A stretch of 64,000 nt of DNA from Nostoc sp. Lineage in GTDB: Bacteria; Cyanobacteriota; Cyanobacteriia; Cyanobacteriales; Nostocaceae. The position numbers and the translations under genes were made by a program. Below the pieces are notes generated by a model. The model did not search any database, had not been told where the DNA came from, and saw nothing but the letters and a program-made list of their open reading frames with translations. Of the stretch, positions 11,107-20,849 are shown piece after piece. Where the stretch lies: the NCBI GenBank assembly GCA_036918135.1, contig JBALDB010000001.1, positions 32,001 through 96,000 of the forward strand, written 5' to 3'. Position 1 is the first letter of the stretch. Each line of letters starts with the position of its first letter.

Positions 11107-11355
11107 ATGTGTATTTGCGTGAACTGCCACTATGTAGATCGCTGTCTCACCTATCATGCCGTAGAAGGGCAGCACCAACAACCTCACTTGACTCAAACAC
11201 CAAACTTTGACCCTAATGAACCTTCTATCAACGTCAACATCCGCACTAAAGACGATCTGATTGAAATGGAATGGGATGTTGTTGGTTGTCTGAGCTTTAA
11301 GCGGGAAATGGGTAAGTGGTCGAAGTTGCGTCCTGGTGAATTAGTGCCAACTTGA
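11107..11355 (+). CDS. ycf34: Ycf34 family protein
   Basis: MCICVNCHYVDRCLTYHAVE...EMEWDVVGC signature. Confidence 0.88.
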   Translation: MCICVNCHYVDRCLTYHAVEGQHQQPHLTQTPNFDPNEPSINVNIRTKDDLIEMEWDVVGCLSFKREMGKWSKLRPGELVPT

Positions 11356-11458
11356 AAAGTTAACAGTAGTATGTTATTTCTCAGCCCAATAATACTAGAA
11401 CCTTAACAATTCAATTCCAAGTTTCTTGACAAAAATCTTTACCAAAGATGAATCGGCT

Positions 11459-11490
11459 GTAGGGGCATACAGTTAGCTGTACGCCCCTAC
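11459..11490. repeat. GTAG-type REP-like palindrome
   Basis: GTAGGGGCATACAG-TTAG-CTGTACGCCCCTAC. Confidence 0.6.
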
Positions 11491-11949
11491 CCATGTATCT
11501 ATATTAGATACTTTTTCAAATGAGATTAATGGGACTTAAACAAAAAGAGGGATAGTAATTGTCGATGCGGGATATGGCGACAATACATTTTTCTTATTAG
11601 AGTTAGAGAAGCGAGAATTAAAGTATTTAGGAGGATTGGCGAAAAAGTATAAACTAGTTTCGGTTTTACTTGCTCTCAAATTCCAAAATACTTGAAAACT
11701 TCCTCGGCATACATACTAAGAGGTACACTTGTTGGTTCACCTATGGTGATTTTCTTGACAATTGCTTAGTTAAGTCTTGAAAACTGGAGATGCCAGTTAA
11801 ACTTGTAGGTACAATCAAAGCTACCCTACTTTTCATCTTTCAGAAATCAAATACGATTCCGATAGTAACGAGATATACTTCGTACCAATTGCAACAGTGA
11901 GCAAATGCTGTCCTTGTGTATTACCAGTAACTTATTAACCCTCTTCTAT

Positions 11950-12080
11950 TAAATAGAATGGTGTGGAAAAACAAAACTATGTTAAGAAAAATTAAATAAA
12001 TTTAAACCCTCTTCCCTCTTGCCTCCTGCCTCCTGCCTCCTGCCTCATCCCAACGATAAATATTCACACCGACCTACTTA
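11950..12080 (-). mobile_element. MITE-like element containing TGCCTCC heptamer repeats
   Basis: Reverse complement closely matches 62417-62529; imperfect terminal inverted repeats. Confidence 0.82.
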
Positions 12081-12171
12081 TTACTACGATCTCTCTATCG
12101 GCCAATAGCCTGATTTCTCAATCAAAGCTACACTACCATCGGAAATTGCTAAGATTTAGAGGTAGCAGCAG

Positions 12172-12774
12172 ATGATTGATCTTTACACCTTCACCACGCC
12201 CAATGGACGCAAAGCTTCCGTGATGCTCGAAGAAGTCGAATTGCCCTACAATGTCCACAAAATTGACATTACTACTCAACAGCAATTTACACCTGAATAT
12301 ATTGCCATCAATCCCAATAGTAAAATTCCCGCTATTGTTGACCAAGAGACTGGGATTAAAGTTTTTGAATCTGGTGCAATTCTAATTTACTTAGCTGAAA
12401 AAACAGGTTGTCTGTTACCTACTGAGCAAAAAAGCCGTTTTCAAGTTCTAGAGTGGCTAATGTTCCAAATGGCAGGAGTCGGGCCAATGTTTGGACAACT
12501 TAACCACTTTAAACGCTTTGCACCCGAAAAAATTCCCTATGCTATCGAGCGTTACGAAAAGGAAACTTTACGCATTTATGGTGTCTTAGATAAACAACTG
12601 CAAGACAATGAATTTATCTGTGGTAACTATTCTATTGCAGATGTTGCAACTTATCCGTGGGTAGCAATTTATGAATTTCAAGATTTAACACTCGACAATT
12701 ACCCAAATCTCAAACGTTGGGTAGAGACAGTACAGCAACGTCCGGCTGTGCAACGCGGAATGCAAGTCCCTTAA
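12172..12774 (+). CDS. Glutathione S-transferase, YfcG/Ure2-like
   Basis: TPNGRK, NPNSKIPAI, FESGAILIYL, GPMFGQ. Confidence 0.92.
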   Translation: MIDLYTFTTPNGRKASVMLEEVELPYNVHKIDITTQQQFTPEYIAINPNSKIPAIVDQETGIKVFESGAILIYLAEKTGCLLPTEQKSRFQVLEWLMFQMAGVGPMFGQLNHFKRFAPEKIPYAIERYEKETLRIYGVLDKQLQDNEFICGNYSIADVATYPWVAIYEFQDLTLDNYPNLKRWVETVQQRPAVQRGMQVP

Positions 12775-12869
12775 AAAAAACAGGCGGCGCAACAAACTCT
12801 CGCTCAAGGAATACTTATATTAGTTTCCTTCGATGCTGCCAGTATTACCTCTAGTCAAACCCTTTGGGG

Positions 12870-12949
12870 AATTAAAAATTAAAAATTAAAAATTCACGCA
12901 TTAAAGAGATTAGTGGGGGCTTACACCCACCACTAATCTAAGACCCCCA
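12870..12949. repeat. STRR heptamers (ATTAAAA) plus hairpin
   Basis: AATTAAA x3, followed by GATTAGTGGGGG...CCCACCACTAATC. Confidence 0.6.
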
Positions 12950-13304
12950 AATTAGAGATTGTGGCTCTTTCTTGTACCTAGAATTAATTCAAAAATTTTC
13001 TTATTCTTCTTAAGTGCATTTTGAATTTAAAAAAGGTCAAGCCTATATCTTTGCCAATTTGATATGCGGTCGTCAGCTTCAGAATTCTCGGATATTGCAC
13101 ATTTGGAAATCCCTGAGTAGGAGAATTGTAAATACACCTTAAAGTTTGTTCACTTAAATCTCCATCTTCAGCAATCTGATTATCTGGATTTGTCTAATGT
13201 ACTGGCTGTATCTTAAGTTGCCCTAAAAGAGCTTGCTAGTGATGAGCAGAGTCAGAAAACAGCTATGAGCATATACTCGTTGTCCGTTTCTTTTTCTGCT
13301 GACT

Positions 13305-14309
13305 CTACGGACGATTTCCAAAAGGGTACTGATGCCCTAAGATGGGATGTGGTGTGTAAGGCTCTTCTAGGAATTTGCGCTCTCCATCGGAAAGCTCTAA
13401 ATCTATTGCCTTGACAGCCTCTTTGAGATGTTCTATCTTACTAGCGCCAACGATCGGAGAGGTTACACCTGGTTGATGCAATAGCCAAGCTAGGGCAATT
13501 TGTGTTGGTTTAACACCCCGTTTTGCTGCTAATTCAAAGACGCGATCGACTACTTGAAAGTCTGAATCTTGATAGTACAGATTGTGAGCAAATTCGTCCG
13601 TTTTTGCACGCACAGTTTCACCATAGTCTGTCTTGCTGCGATTTCCTGCTAAAAATCCCCGCGCCAAGGGACTCCAAGGAATAATACCAATCCCTTGATC
13701 TAACGCTAGGGGTATCACTTCTCGTTCTTCTTCTCGATAAACTAGGTTGTAGTGATTTTGAATGGAGACAAAACGAGTCCAGCCGTGAATATCTGCTATA
13801 TAGAGGGCTTTCGCAAGTTGCCATGCAAAAACGCTAGAAATTCCTAAGTAACGGACTTTACCTGCTTTGACAATATCATGCAGTGCTTCTAGGGTTTCTT
13901 CAATTGGTGTTTCATAATCCCAACGGTGAATTTGGTACAAATCTACGTAATCTGTTTGTAACCTCCGCAATGAGGCATCGATGCTATCAAAAATGTGTTT
14001 ACGAGATAGTCCTTGGTCATTGGGGCCATCACCTACTTTGTTGAATACTTTTGTAGCAATAACGACCCGATCTCTTTGAGCAAAATCTTTCAGCGATCGC
14101 CCCAAAATTTCTTCGCTGACACCCACAGAATAGACATCAGCAGTATCAAAAAAGTTAATTCCTAAATCTAGGGCTAGTTTAATAAATGGGCGGCTCTCTT
14201 CTTCTTCTAATACCCATTCTCGCCATTTACGAGAACCGTAAGTCATTGTACCGAGAGCTAGACGTGATACTTTCAGTCCAGTTTTGCCAAGATTGACGAA
14301 TGTTGTCAT
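13305..14309 (-). CDS. Aldo/keto reductase (YajO/aryl-alcohol dehydrogenase-like)
   Basis: LALGTM, FFDTADVYS, IATK, DLYQIHRWD, PWSPLARGFL. Confidence 0.93.
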   Translation of the reverse strand: MTTFVNLGKTGLKVSRLALGTMTYGSRKWREWVLEEEESRPFIKLALDLGINFFDTADVYSVGVSEEILGRSLKDFAQRDRVVIATKVFNKVGDGPNDQGLSRKHIFDSIDASLRRLQTDYVDLYQIHRWDYETPIEETLEALHDIVKAGKVRYLGISSVFAWQLAKALYIADIHGWTRFVSIQNHYNLVYREEEREVIPLALDQGIGIIPWSPLARGFLAGNRSKTDYGETVRAKTDEFAHNLYYQDSDFQVVDRVFELAAKRGVKPTQIALAWLLHQPGVTSPIVGASKIEHLKEAVKAIDLELSDGERKFLEEPYTPHPILGHQYPFGNRP

Positions 14310-15715
14310 ACTGTTTGCTCTACTTTTCGTGGAGTTACTCGATAACTTTGTGATAATTTACGAGCTATTTGCGAGGCTCGATTCGCTTCATCGATGCGTC
14401 CTAGCTCGTGGTATGTATTAGCTAATTCCCGCTGAATTACTGGAATATTATTGCGTTTCGCTTTGCGCTTTTCTAAAATATTCAGTGCTTTGTGATACTG
14501 ACGATCGCGAATCAGCGCGTCAAGATAAACTTGCTCAAATAAATCTCGTTGGGCATGAGAGCCACCTGTAGACTGTAACTCTGGCAACACTGGCTCTAGT
14601 TGAGTGAGCGCACTTTGCCAATCTCCACGAGCATGAGCAAGCATCCCTTTAGCCGCTGGTACTCCTACTTCTGCCCAAGTGCGGCGGGCATAAGGTAATA
14701 CTTTCTCGGCATGAGTTTGCATACTCTCTAATAGTTCAGCTGCCCAGTCATCTTTACCACCCCGCACCAGTGCATAGATATATTGTAAATCCAGGAATGC
14801 CAGAACGTGTTCGTGTAGCCGTGGTTCTAGGTAAGCAGCAAGTTCTTGCCAGCGCGAACCTACATCGACACCGCGTAACTCTAGCCGTAGCAACAAGGCG
14901 ATCGCATTAATTTGCTCGCGTCCATTGTCTTTTTTAGCACGTCCCCAGATGCGGGTATCATATATTTCTAGTACCTGAGCAAAATTTTCAATATCTAGGT
15001 AGAAAAGGGATGTGTGCCACCAAAGATGTCCGTAAAAAGCCGAGCTAGCGTATTCCCAAGTGTCGCTGAGGCTTTCCATTAAGACAATCCCCTCTTCTAA
15101 CCGTCCTTGAGCTTCTAGGACATGAGCAACAGCGTGGTGTGCCCAACGGTTGTCTCTTTTGAGGGCGATCGCTTTTCTGGCATATATTTCTGCTTCTTCG
15201 ATCCGATGACACTCTTCTAGCCCAAAAGCCAGCATCCCGTATATATAAGGGTTGTCTTGATTGGCGGCGAAAACTTTCTCCGCAATCCGCAACATCCCTT
15301 GACTGTCACCAGAATTTCGATAGTGGTATTGAGCCAGATGTACCGAGGCTAAATCACGGGGAAATACATCGGCAATCGCTTCATGGTAGGCGATCGCGCT
15401 CTTGATATCGCGCTTTGCCCAAGCTTCAATTGCAGCAACGTAAAGTTTTTCGCGCTCATTAGCATGTATGATATTAGCTTTCGCCAGATCAAGATAAAAT
15501 ATTGCTTGGGTTAAGGCATGACTGCCACCAGCAAACAGATAAAAAGCAGCAACTTGAGCATTGGCGATGACGCTAGTTGGATCTGCCTCAACTGCTTTGA
15601 GAATAAGTTGAGCATCGTTACCAACACCCAATAATTGATCGACAAAGCCATTGATAGCATCTACTGCTACTGATGAATTGCTAGTAATTTCGAGTCCAGA
15701 TGAATCTTTAATCAT
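14306..15715 (-). CDS. TPR protein, TTC38-like
   Basis: GMLAFGLEE, WAHHAVAHV, HLWWH and GGSHAQRDLF motifs; ATGA overlap with the AKR gene. Confidence 0.78.
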   Translation of the reverse strand: MIKDSSGLEITSNSSVAVDAINGFVDQLLGVGNDAQLILKAVEADPTSVIANAQVAAFYLFAGGSHALTQAIFYLDLAKANIIHANEREKLYVAAIEAWAKRDIKSAIAYHEAIADVFPRDLASVHLAQYHYRNSGDSQGMLRIAEKVFAANQDNPYIYGMLAFGLEECHRIEEAEIYARKAIALKRDNRWAHHAVAHVLEAQGRLEEGIVLMESLSDTWEYASSAFYGHLWWHTSLFYLDIENFAQVLEIYDTRIWGRAKKDNGREQINAIALLLRLELRGVDVGSRWQELAAYLEPRLHEHVLAFLDLQYIYALVRGGKDDWAAELLESMQTHAEKVLPYARRTWAEVGVPAAKGMLAHARGDWQSALTQLEPVLPELQSTGGSHAQRDLFEQVYLDALIRDRQYHKALNILEKRKAKRNNIPVIQRELANTYHELGRIDEANRASQIARKLSQSYRVTPRKVEQTV

Positions 15716-15954
15716 TGTTTTTCCCAAAGTATTGCATAGCTACAAGCATTACTTTGCAAAAGCTAGGTTATTAACTACTGTACATCAATCTGCTTACCGT
15801 AGTTAATAATTGTTAGGTTCAGAAAAGCGCAACTACACAAATAAAATCTGTAAATATAGGTTTCAAAACCTAAATTTTTCTTTTATATAGCGGTAAATCC
15901 TATTTATTAAGGCTTGAATTAACTACTCTCGTTGGCATTAGTTTTTTACAGAAG

Positions 15955-16206
15955 TTATTTTTTCTCCTTTTTAACTGTTTCTATTGCCCGGAAACCAGAA
16001 CCATTAACATACATTTCTAGGCACTCGATTTTAATATCCTCCCTATATCTTTTTTGGTTATAAGATTCGATGAACTGATGTTTACAGTCAACACATATGT
16101 AATGCAAGTTTACTACACTGCCGCCCATTCTTATGAATATGAGTTGATGCACACTTTGGACATTTCATAGCGATCGCCCTAATTTATATTTCTATTCTGC
16201 AACGTC
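15955..16206 (-). mobile_element. IS1-family transposase remnant (5' end only, frameshifted)
   Basis: MKCPKCASTHIHKNG (ATG 16168), shifting into YICVDCKHQF...CLEMYVNGSGFRAIE; probable left end GACGTTGCAGAATAG. Confidence 0.8.
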
Positions 16207-16297
16207 CTTGAAAGAATATAACACTTGTTTAGCTACCGATTTTTGCAACATAACTATCACTCTAACCTCTCATCAATGGAGCTGCACCCAATTGATT

Positions 16298-17245
16298 TTA
16301 ATTGTGCAAAGAATTATAAGCTTCATTGAGTTTGGTGGCTGATTCTTCTAATAAGCGTTGTTCATGAGCATTTCTTGATAACAGCAGTTGGCGCTCAATA
16401 CCTGTTGAGCCAATAATACATGGAAGTCCAAAAACAACTTCACTGCCAACTCCATAGTTAGAATCTGCTCTGGCCGATACTGGAAATATCTGCTTTTCAT
16501 CTCGTAGGATGGTATCAACTAACTGACAAACTACTATTGATATACCGTAGCTAGTATTTCCTTTGCGTTCAAAAATGTTATAGCCTCGTTGACGAGTTAA
16601 CTGTGCGTACTCTTGCTGAATTTGTTCTAGCGTTGTTCCTTGTGGGATGGGAAATTCAGTTAACGGAATTCCCCCGATAAATGCACTAGACCAAACGACA
16701 AATTCGCTGTCTCCATGCTCTCCAATTACATAAGCATGAACGTCTTGTTTGGCAACATTCAGTCGCTTTCCAAGTTGATATCTCAGTCTGCCAGTATCGA
16801 GAACGGTTCCCGAACCGAAAATTAGATTTTCTGCTCTGGTGGAAGTAGCGATCGCAATCCGCGTGAGTACATCCACTGGATTGCTAACGATAAGTATGAT
16901 TGAATTCGGTGCAACTCGATCCAATTCTTTGATTGTCGAACGTATAATCTCTGCATTGTCGCTCAATGTATCTAATCGGGTCTGTCCTTGTTTATGCTGC
17001 ACCCCAACAGTCACGACAATGATATCTGAATCAGCTAGATCTTCATATTGATTTGATGGTATAATTTCCATCTCTTTAAGTAGGGGAATGCTGTCTTCAA
17101 TATCCCATACTTGCCCCTCGGCTTTTGATAAGGTTCGGTCAAAAAGAACCACTTTTACACATCTACCAAGTATGACTAAAGCATTTGCAACGTCTGCACC
17201 TACATTACCTGCACCAATAATACCGACTTTAGATGTTTTACTCAT
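16298..17245 (-). CDS. L-lactate/malate dehydrogenase family protein
   Basis: GIIGAGNVG, SNPVD, GSGTVLDTGRLR, GEHGDS. Confidence 0.9.
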   Translation of the reverse strand: MSKTSKVGIIGAGNVGADVANALVILGRCVKVVLFDRTLSKAEGQVWDIEDSIPLLKEMEIIPSNQYEDLADSDIIVVTVGVQHKQGQTRLDTLSDNAEIIRSTIKELDRVAPNSIILIVSNPVDVLTRIAIATSTRAENLIFGSGTVLDTGRLRYQLGKRLNVAKQDVHAYVIGEHGDSEFVVWSSAFIGGIPLTEFPIPQGTTLEQIQQEYAQLTRQRGYNIFERKGNTSYGISIVVCQLVDTILRDEKQIFPVSARADSNYGVGSEVVFGLPCIIGSTGIERQLLLSRNAHEQRLLEESATKLNEAYNSLHN

Positions 17246-17438
17246 TATGCTATATCTACTTTTTTGTAACTAACGCAATGGGTTAATGTTCACTCTAAAA
17301 CTAATCCTTTCGAGTCAAGATTATTGAAGCGATGACTTCGTTTTAAAGAGTGGATTATCTTTGCGAACAACTTTTTAATTTGCAGCCTTTAAATGCTCTT
17401 GTACCACAAGAGTCCTTGAGTCTGCAATTGCTGTCTGC

Positions 17439-18872
17439 TTACAACTTGGAAAACAATATATTTAACCCTTCGGTCATCGTGGGATGAGTCAAAATACCAT
17501 CGCGCAGAACAGTGTAGGGCATCTGAGCTTGCATTACCATCTGCACCGTTGAAATCACTTCACCTGCTTCATGACACAACAGGGAACACCCTAGAATACG
17601 ACCTGTATCTGTATCGACGATCGCCTTCAGAAGTCCATCAGTTTGACCGAGTGTTTTCGCTCTCGGAACGGCTGACGCATCCACCTTCACCACGCGGATA
17701 GCATATCCTTGTTGCTGTGCTTCAGTTTCAGTCAAACCCACATGAGCCAGTTCTGGATCGATGAATAGACAAGATGGAACTAATCGATCCAGTGTACTAC
17801 GGTTGCCGCCATCAATTAAATTAGCTTTGATAATGCGATAATCATCGAGCGATATATGAGTGTATTGCGGGCCGCCGTTGATGTCGCCTAACGCCCAAAT
17901 CCCCGGAATGTTCGTCTCTAAGCGATGGTTGACTTGAATAAATCCGCGTGTATCGGTTGCCACACCAGCAGCAGCTAAATTTAAGCTCTCGCTATTGGGC
18001 GCACGACCAACGGCGACGAGCAAATGCGACCCCTGGATGGTAATTTCACGATCGCCAACTTGGATTTGCAGGATGGTTTCATTACTAGTGCGATTCTCCA
18101 AAGGAGACGCTTCTCTGCGAGAGGCTCCGCCAACGCGAACGACCCTCAACACCTTCGCCTTCAGCAAGAATTCAATACCATCTTGTTCCAGCAATGTTTG
18201 AACTGCGATCGCTATATCTGAATCTTCCTGTGACAGGATTTGCTCACTTTGCCCAATGACAGTAACACGAGAGCCAAAGCGTCGAAACATCTGGGCAAAC
18301 TCTAAACCAATATAGCCACTACCGAGAACGATCAGGTGTTCAGGCAGGTGTTCTAGCTCCATAATCGACTCACTCGTTAAAAACTCAACTTCTGTGAGTC
18401 CGGGAATAGATGGAATTAATGGTCGTGTGCCTGTATTAATAAATAACCGTTCGGCAGTAAGTAAGCGAGTGTTTCCCTCAGCCGTCGTCACTTCAATTGT
18501 TTTGGCAGCAACAAACCTTGCTGTGCCAATGAGCAAGTTGTTATTCAGAGCCGTTTCTAAATTGTGCAAGTTTATTTCACGCGCAGATTGCACAACCGTT
18601 CGTTTTCGTTTGATTACCTCTGCTAGATCAACGATGGGTGTATTAGCTTTAACACCATAAGCGGCACTGTTTCGCACTGTGTTTGCTACATTAGCACTCG
18701 CCACCATAGTTTTAGTCGGAATGCAGGCAATATTAATGCACCCGCCACCAATCATATTTAAACTGCGTTCAACCAGAGCGGTTTTACGTCCGTCAGCAAC
18801 TAACGCCGGTGCAAGTGTTTTACCCGCTTTGCCGCCGCCGATAATAATGTCGTCATAGTGTTGAGCGTTCAC
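17439..18872 (-). CDS. Flavoprotein disulfide reductase (RclA / 'mercuric reductase'-like)
   Basis: GGGKAG, GGCINIACIPTK, GSGYIGLEF, HPTMTEG. It has no MerA C-terminal Cys pair. Confidence 0.88.
   Translation of the reverse strand: MNAQHYDDIIIGGGKAGKTLAPALVADGRKTALVERSLNMIGGGCINIACIPTKTMVASANVANTVRNSAAYGVKANTPIVDLAEVIKRKRTVVQSAREINLHNLETALNNNLLIGTARFVAAKTIEVTTAEGNTRLLTAERLFINTGTRPLIPSIPGLTEVEFLTSESIMELEHLPEHLIVLGSGYIGLEFAQMFRRFGSRVTVIGQSEQILSQEDSDIAIAVQTLLEQDGIEFLLKAKVLRVVRVGGASRREASPLENRTSNETILQIQVGDREITIQGSHLLVAVGRAPNSESLNLAAAGVATDTRGFIQVNHRLETNIPGIWALGDINGGPQYTHISLDDYRIIKANLIDGGNRSTLDRLVPSCLFIDPELAHVGLTETEAQQQGYAIRVVKVDASAVPRAKTLGQTDGLLKAIVDTDTGRILGCSLLCHEAGEVISTVQMVMQAQMPYTVLRDGILTHPTMTEGLNILFSKL
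18095..18139 (-). repeat. Nested small dispersed repeats (45 nt) inserted in frame at a HIP1-like site
   Basis: Removal restores GCGATCGAC. The insert adds 15 aa (region VRVGGASRREASPLENR). Confidence 0.72.
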
Positions 18873-19039
18873 TTCAATATCCTTTGAGTTCGATCGGGTG
18901 AATACGATTTTTAGAAGGTGTTATGAATTTCAGAAAAAACTGACTAAGAGGGTTTTAGCGATAATCTATTTGACGAGCGTAACTCAAGATGCTTGCCCTA
19001 GCTAGCTTGACAAAAAATGCATAACACCCACTACAAGAT

Positions 19040-19405
19040 TCAACTTTTTTTACAAGCCTGCTTCATCAAGATACGGTTATTTTTATACACCTCTAAAGTT
19101 CCAGACTGCGGATTATCTAACGTGCCATCCCACACCCAGTATTGATAAATTCCATTTTGAAACTTATACACTCGAACACCTTCTGTCGCTTGGCTAGTTC
19201 CTTTGCCCAAACTTAAATTACCGTTGGGACTAGTGGCGCGATAAAGCAGTTCACCTGAAGTATGATTCTGCCAAATATTTACGTTGTAGCCGCCCCGGCA
19301 TTTCGTACTTAGGACGATACCAGCAGTAGAATCAGCAGAAGCAGGTAAGGAAAAATTAGCTAAGATACTGATTGGCAGGGTAAGAAGTAACGCAGATGTT
19401 TTCAT
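19040..19405 (-). CDS. Secreted hypothetical protein
   Basis: Signal peptide ending ASA; two Cys. Confidence 0.7.
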   Translation of the reverse strand: MKTSALLLTLPISILANFSLPASADSTAGIVLSTKCRGGYNVNIWQNHTSGELLYRATSPNGNLSLGKGTSQATEGVRVYKFQNGIYQYWVWDGTLDNPQSGTLEVYKNNRILMKQACKKS

Positions 19406-19433
19406 GAGTGTTGTAAAATTAATAAGTTTGACA

Positions 19434-19555
19434 TTATTTTATTGCTGCTACAACTTCATCTGTAGACAGAACTGCATTGGCGATATACCCAAAGTTGATC
19501 GGTACTGCCTTATAGCCGTCACCCAGTATTGGATGTTGAGGAGCAGCTGTTGCAT
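19434..19555 (-). pseudogene. C-terminal remnant of isochorismatase/cysteine hydrolase
   Basis: ATAAPQHPILGDGYKAVPINFGYIANAVLSTDEVVAAIK*, with no 5' part. Confidence 0.6.
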
Positions 19556-20035
19556 TTAAAGATTGAGGTCTGACAATCCGGGATGATCGTCAGGACGACG
19601 ACCTAGTATCCAGTGGTATTTGCGTTCGCTCTGGTGAATTGGCAGGTCGTTGATGCTGGCAATACGCCATTGCATGAATCCGCGTTCGTCAAACTCCCAA
19701 TTTTCATTGCCGTAGGAACGGAACCAGTTGCCGGAATCATCATGCTATTCGTAAGCAAATCGGACAGCAATGCGGTTGTCTTGAAAAGCCCAAAGCTCTT
19801 TGATTAGACGGTATTCCAATTCTTTAAGCCACTTACGTGTTAAGAACTGGACGATCGCCTCACGACCAGATAGAAATTCTGAGCGGTTGCGCCAATTGCT
19901 ATCTGAGGTGTAAGCGAGTGATACTAGTTCAGGGTTACGCGTGTTCCAACCATCCTCTGCGATTCGGACTTTTTGGATAGCGGATTCATTATCGAAAGGT
20001 GGCAGGAGTAGTTGAGGAGTTTCGAGGTTGTTCAT
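19556..20035 (-). pseudogene. DUF1348 / NTF2-like protein with premature TAG (19745-19747)
   Basis: [28 protein letters not shown] continues in frame to PGLSDLNL*. The TAG sits at a conserved Trp position. Confidence 0.85.
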
Positions 20036-20214
20036 AGTATGTAAGCGGTAGAATCGCGATCGTCTCAGCATAGTTGAATTAAAATTACAACAGATTTCAA
20101 GTCAGGTGAAGTACACAAACTAAGTCCCAAAGCTAGGTATGAACCCTGTTTTACTTCTGAATTCTGCTGTAAGTGCGTGCCGACCGAATTACCTCAAAAG
20201 CTGTTTGATACAGT

Positions 20215-20295
20215 TCAATGAATACTATCCGCGATGTGCAGCATTTCCCCAGATGCCCCCGTCACAATTACGATTTTTCCGTCTAGTTTTTTCAT
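20215..20295 (-). pseudogene. N-terminal stub of an SDR oxidoreductase
   Basis: MKKLDGKIVIVTGASG, then unrelated sequence; ATGA overlap with the upstream gene. Confidence 0.7.
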
Positions 20296-20684
20296 GATTT
20301 CTTAAGATCGGGAACCGCGAATGTCACAGTTTCGCTAGTGATTACTTTGTGCGTGGGGTCAGCTAGTTCAATCAACACCTTGTGCACGCCAGGTTCCAGT
20401 CCGACCAGGATAATCGTTTCGCCACTGGCATCAACAAAGTGCCACGGCGCGTCATCAACGGTGATGTGGATATGCCCAATGCGCGGCGATACGTCGAGGG
20501 CACCTTTGCCAAACACTGGCAACACACGCAAATTCTCCGTCCGGTACTGGATAAAGACGCGTCCCTGTGCTAACGGTTCGGGAAGCGGTGGATCGACAAT
20601 CAGCTTGGGTGGTGCTTCGTTTGCGATCGCAATCAACGGTGATGGTCCGATAATGTCCCTAGCACTCGGTGTGTGGCTGTTCAT
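20292..20684 (-). CDS. DUF6130-like protein
   Basis: PKLIVDPPLPEPLAQG, SPRIGHIHITVDD, ELADPTH. Confidence 0.7.
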   Translation of the reverse strand: MNSHTPSARDIIGPSPLIAIANEAPPKLIVDPPLPEPLAQGRVFIQYRTENLRVLPVFGKGALDVSPRIGHIHITVDDAPWHFVDASGETIILVGLEPGVHKVLIELADPTHKVITSETVTFAVPDLKKS

Positions 20685-20849
20685 AGCGGGTAAGTATCTG
20701 AAAGTGGTTTATATAACTATCCCTTTGCAGGTGAACAAGTGCACAGTCATAGCTTTGAAGAAGCGATCGACGTTTCTTCGATGTGAATTCCCAGACTGCA
20801 AATGCAAATGCTTTAGTATCTTCCTCGATTGTGACAAGTCGTGCATAAA

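Noticed and set aside
17439..18872. mer mercury-resistance operon
   Set aside because: No merR/T/P and no MerA C-terminal cysteines.
19745..19747. Stop-codon readthrough/pyrrolysine for the in-frame TAGs (also 103-105)
   Set aside because: No pyl machinery seen. Single nonsense substitutions in decaying regions are simpler.
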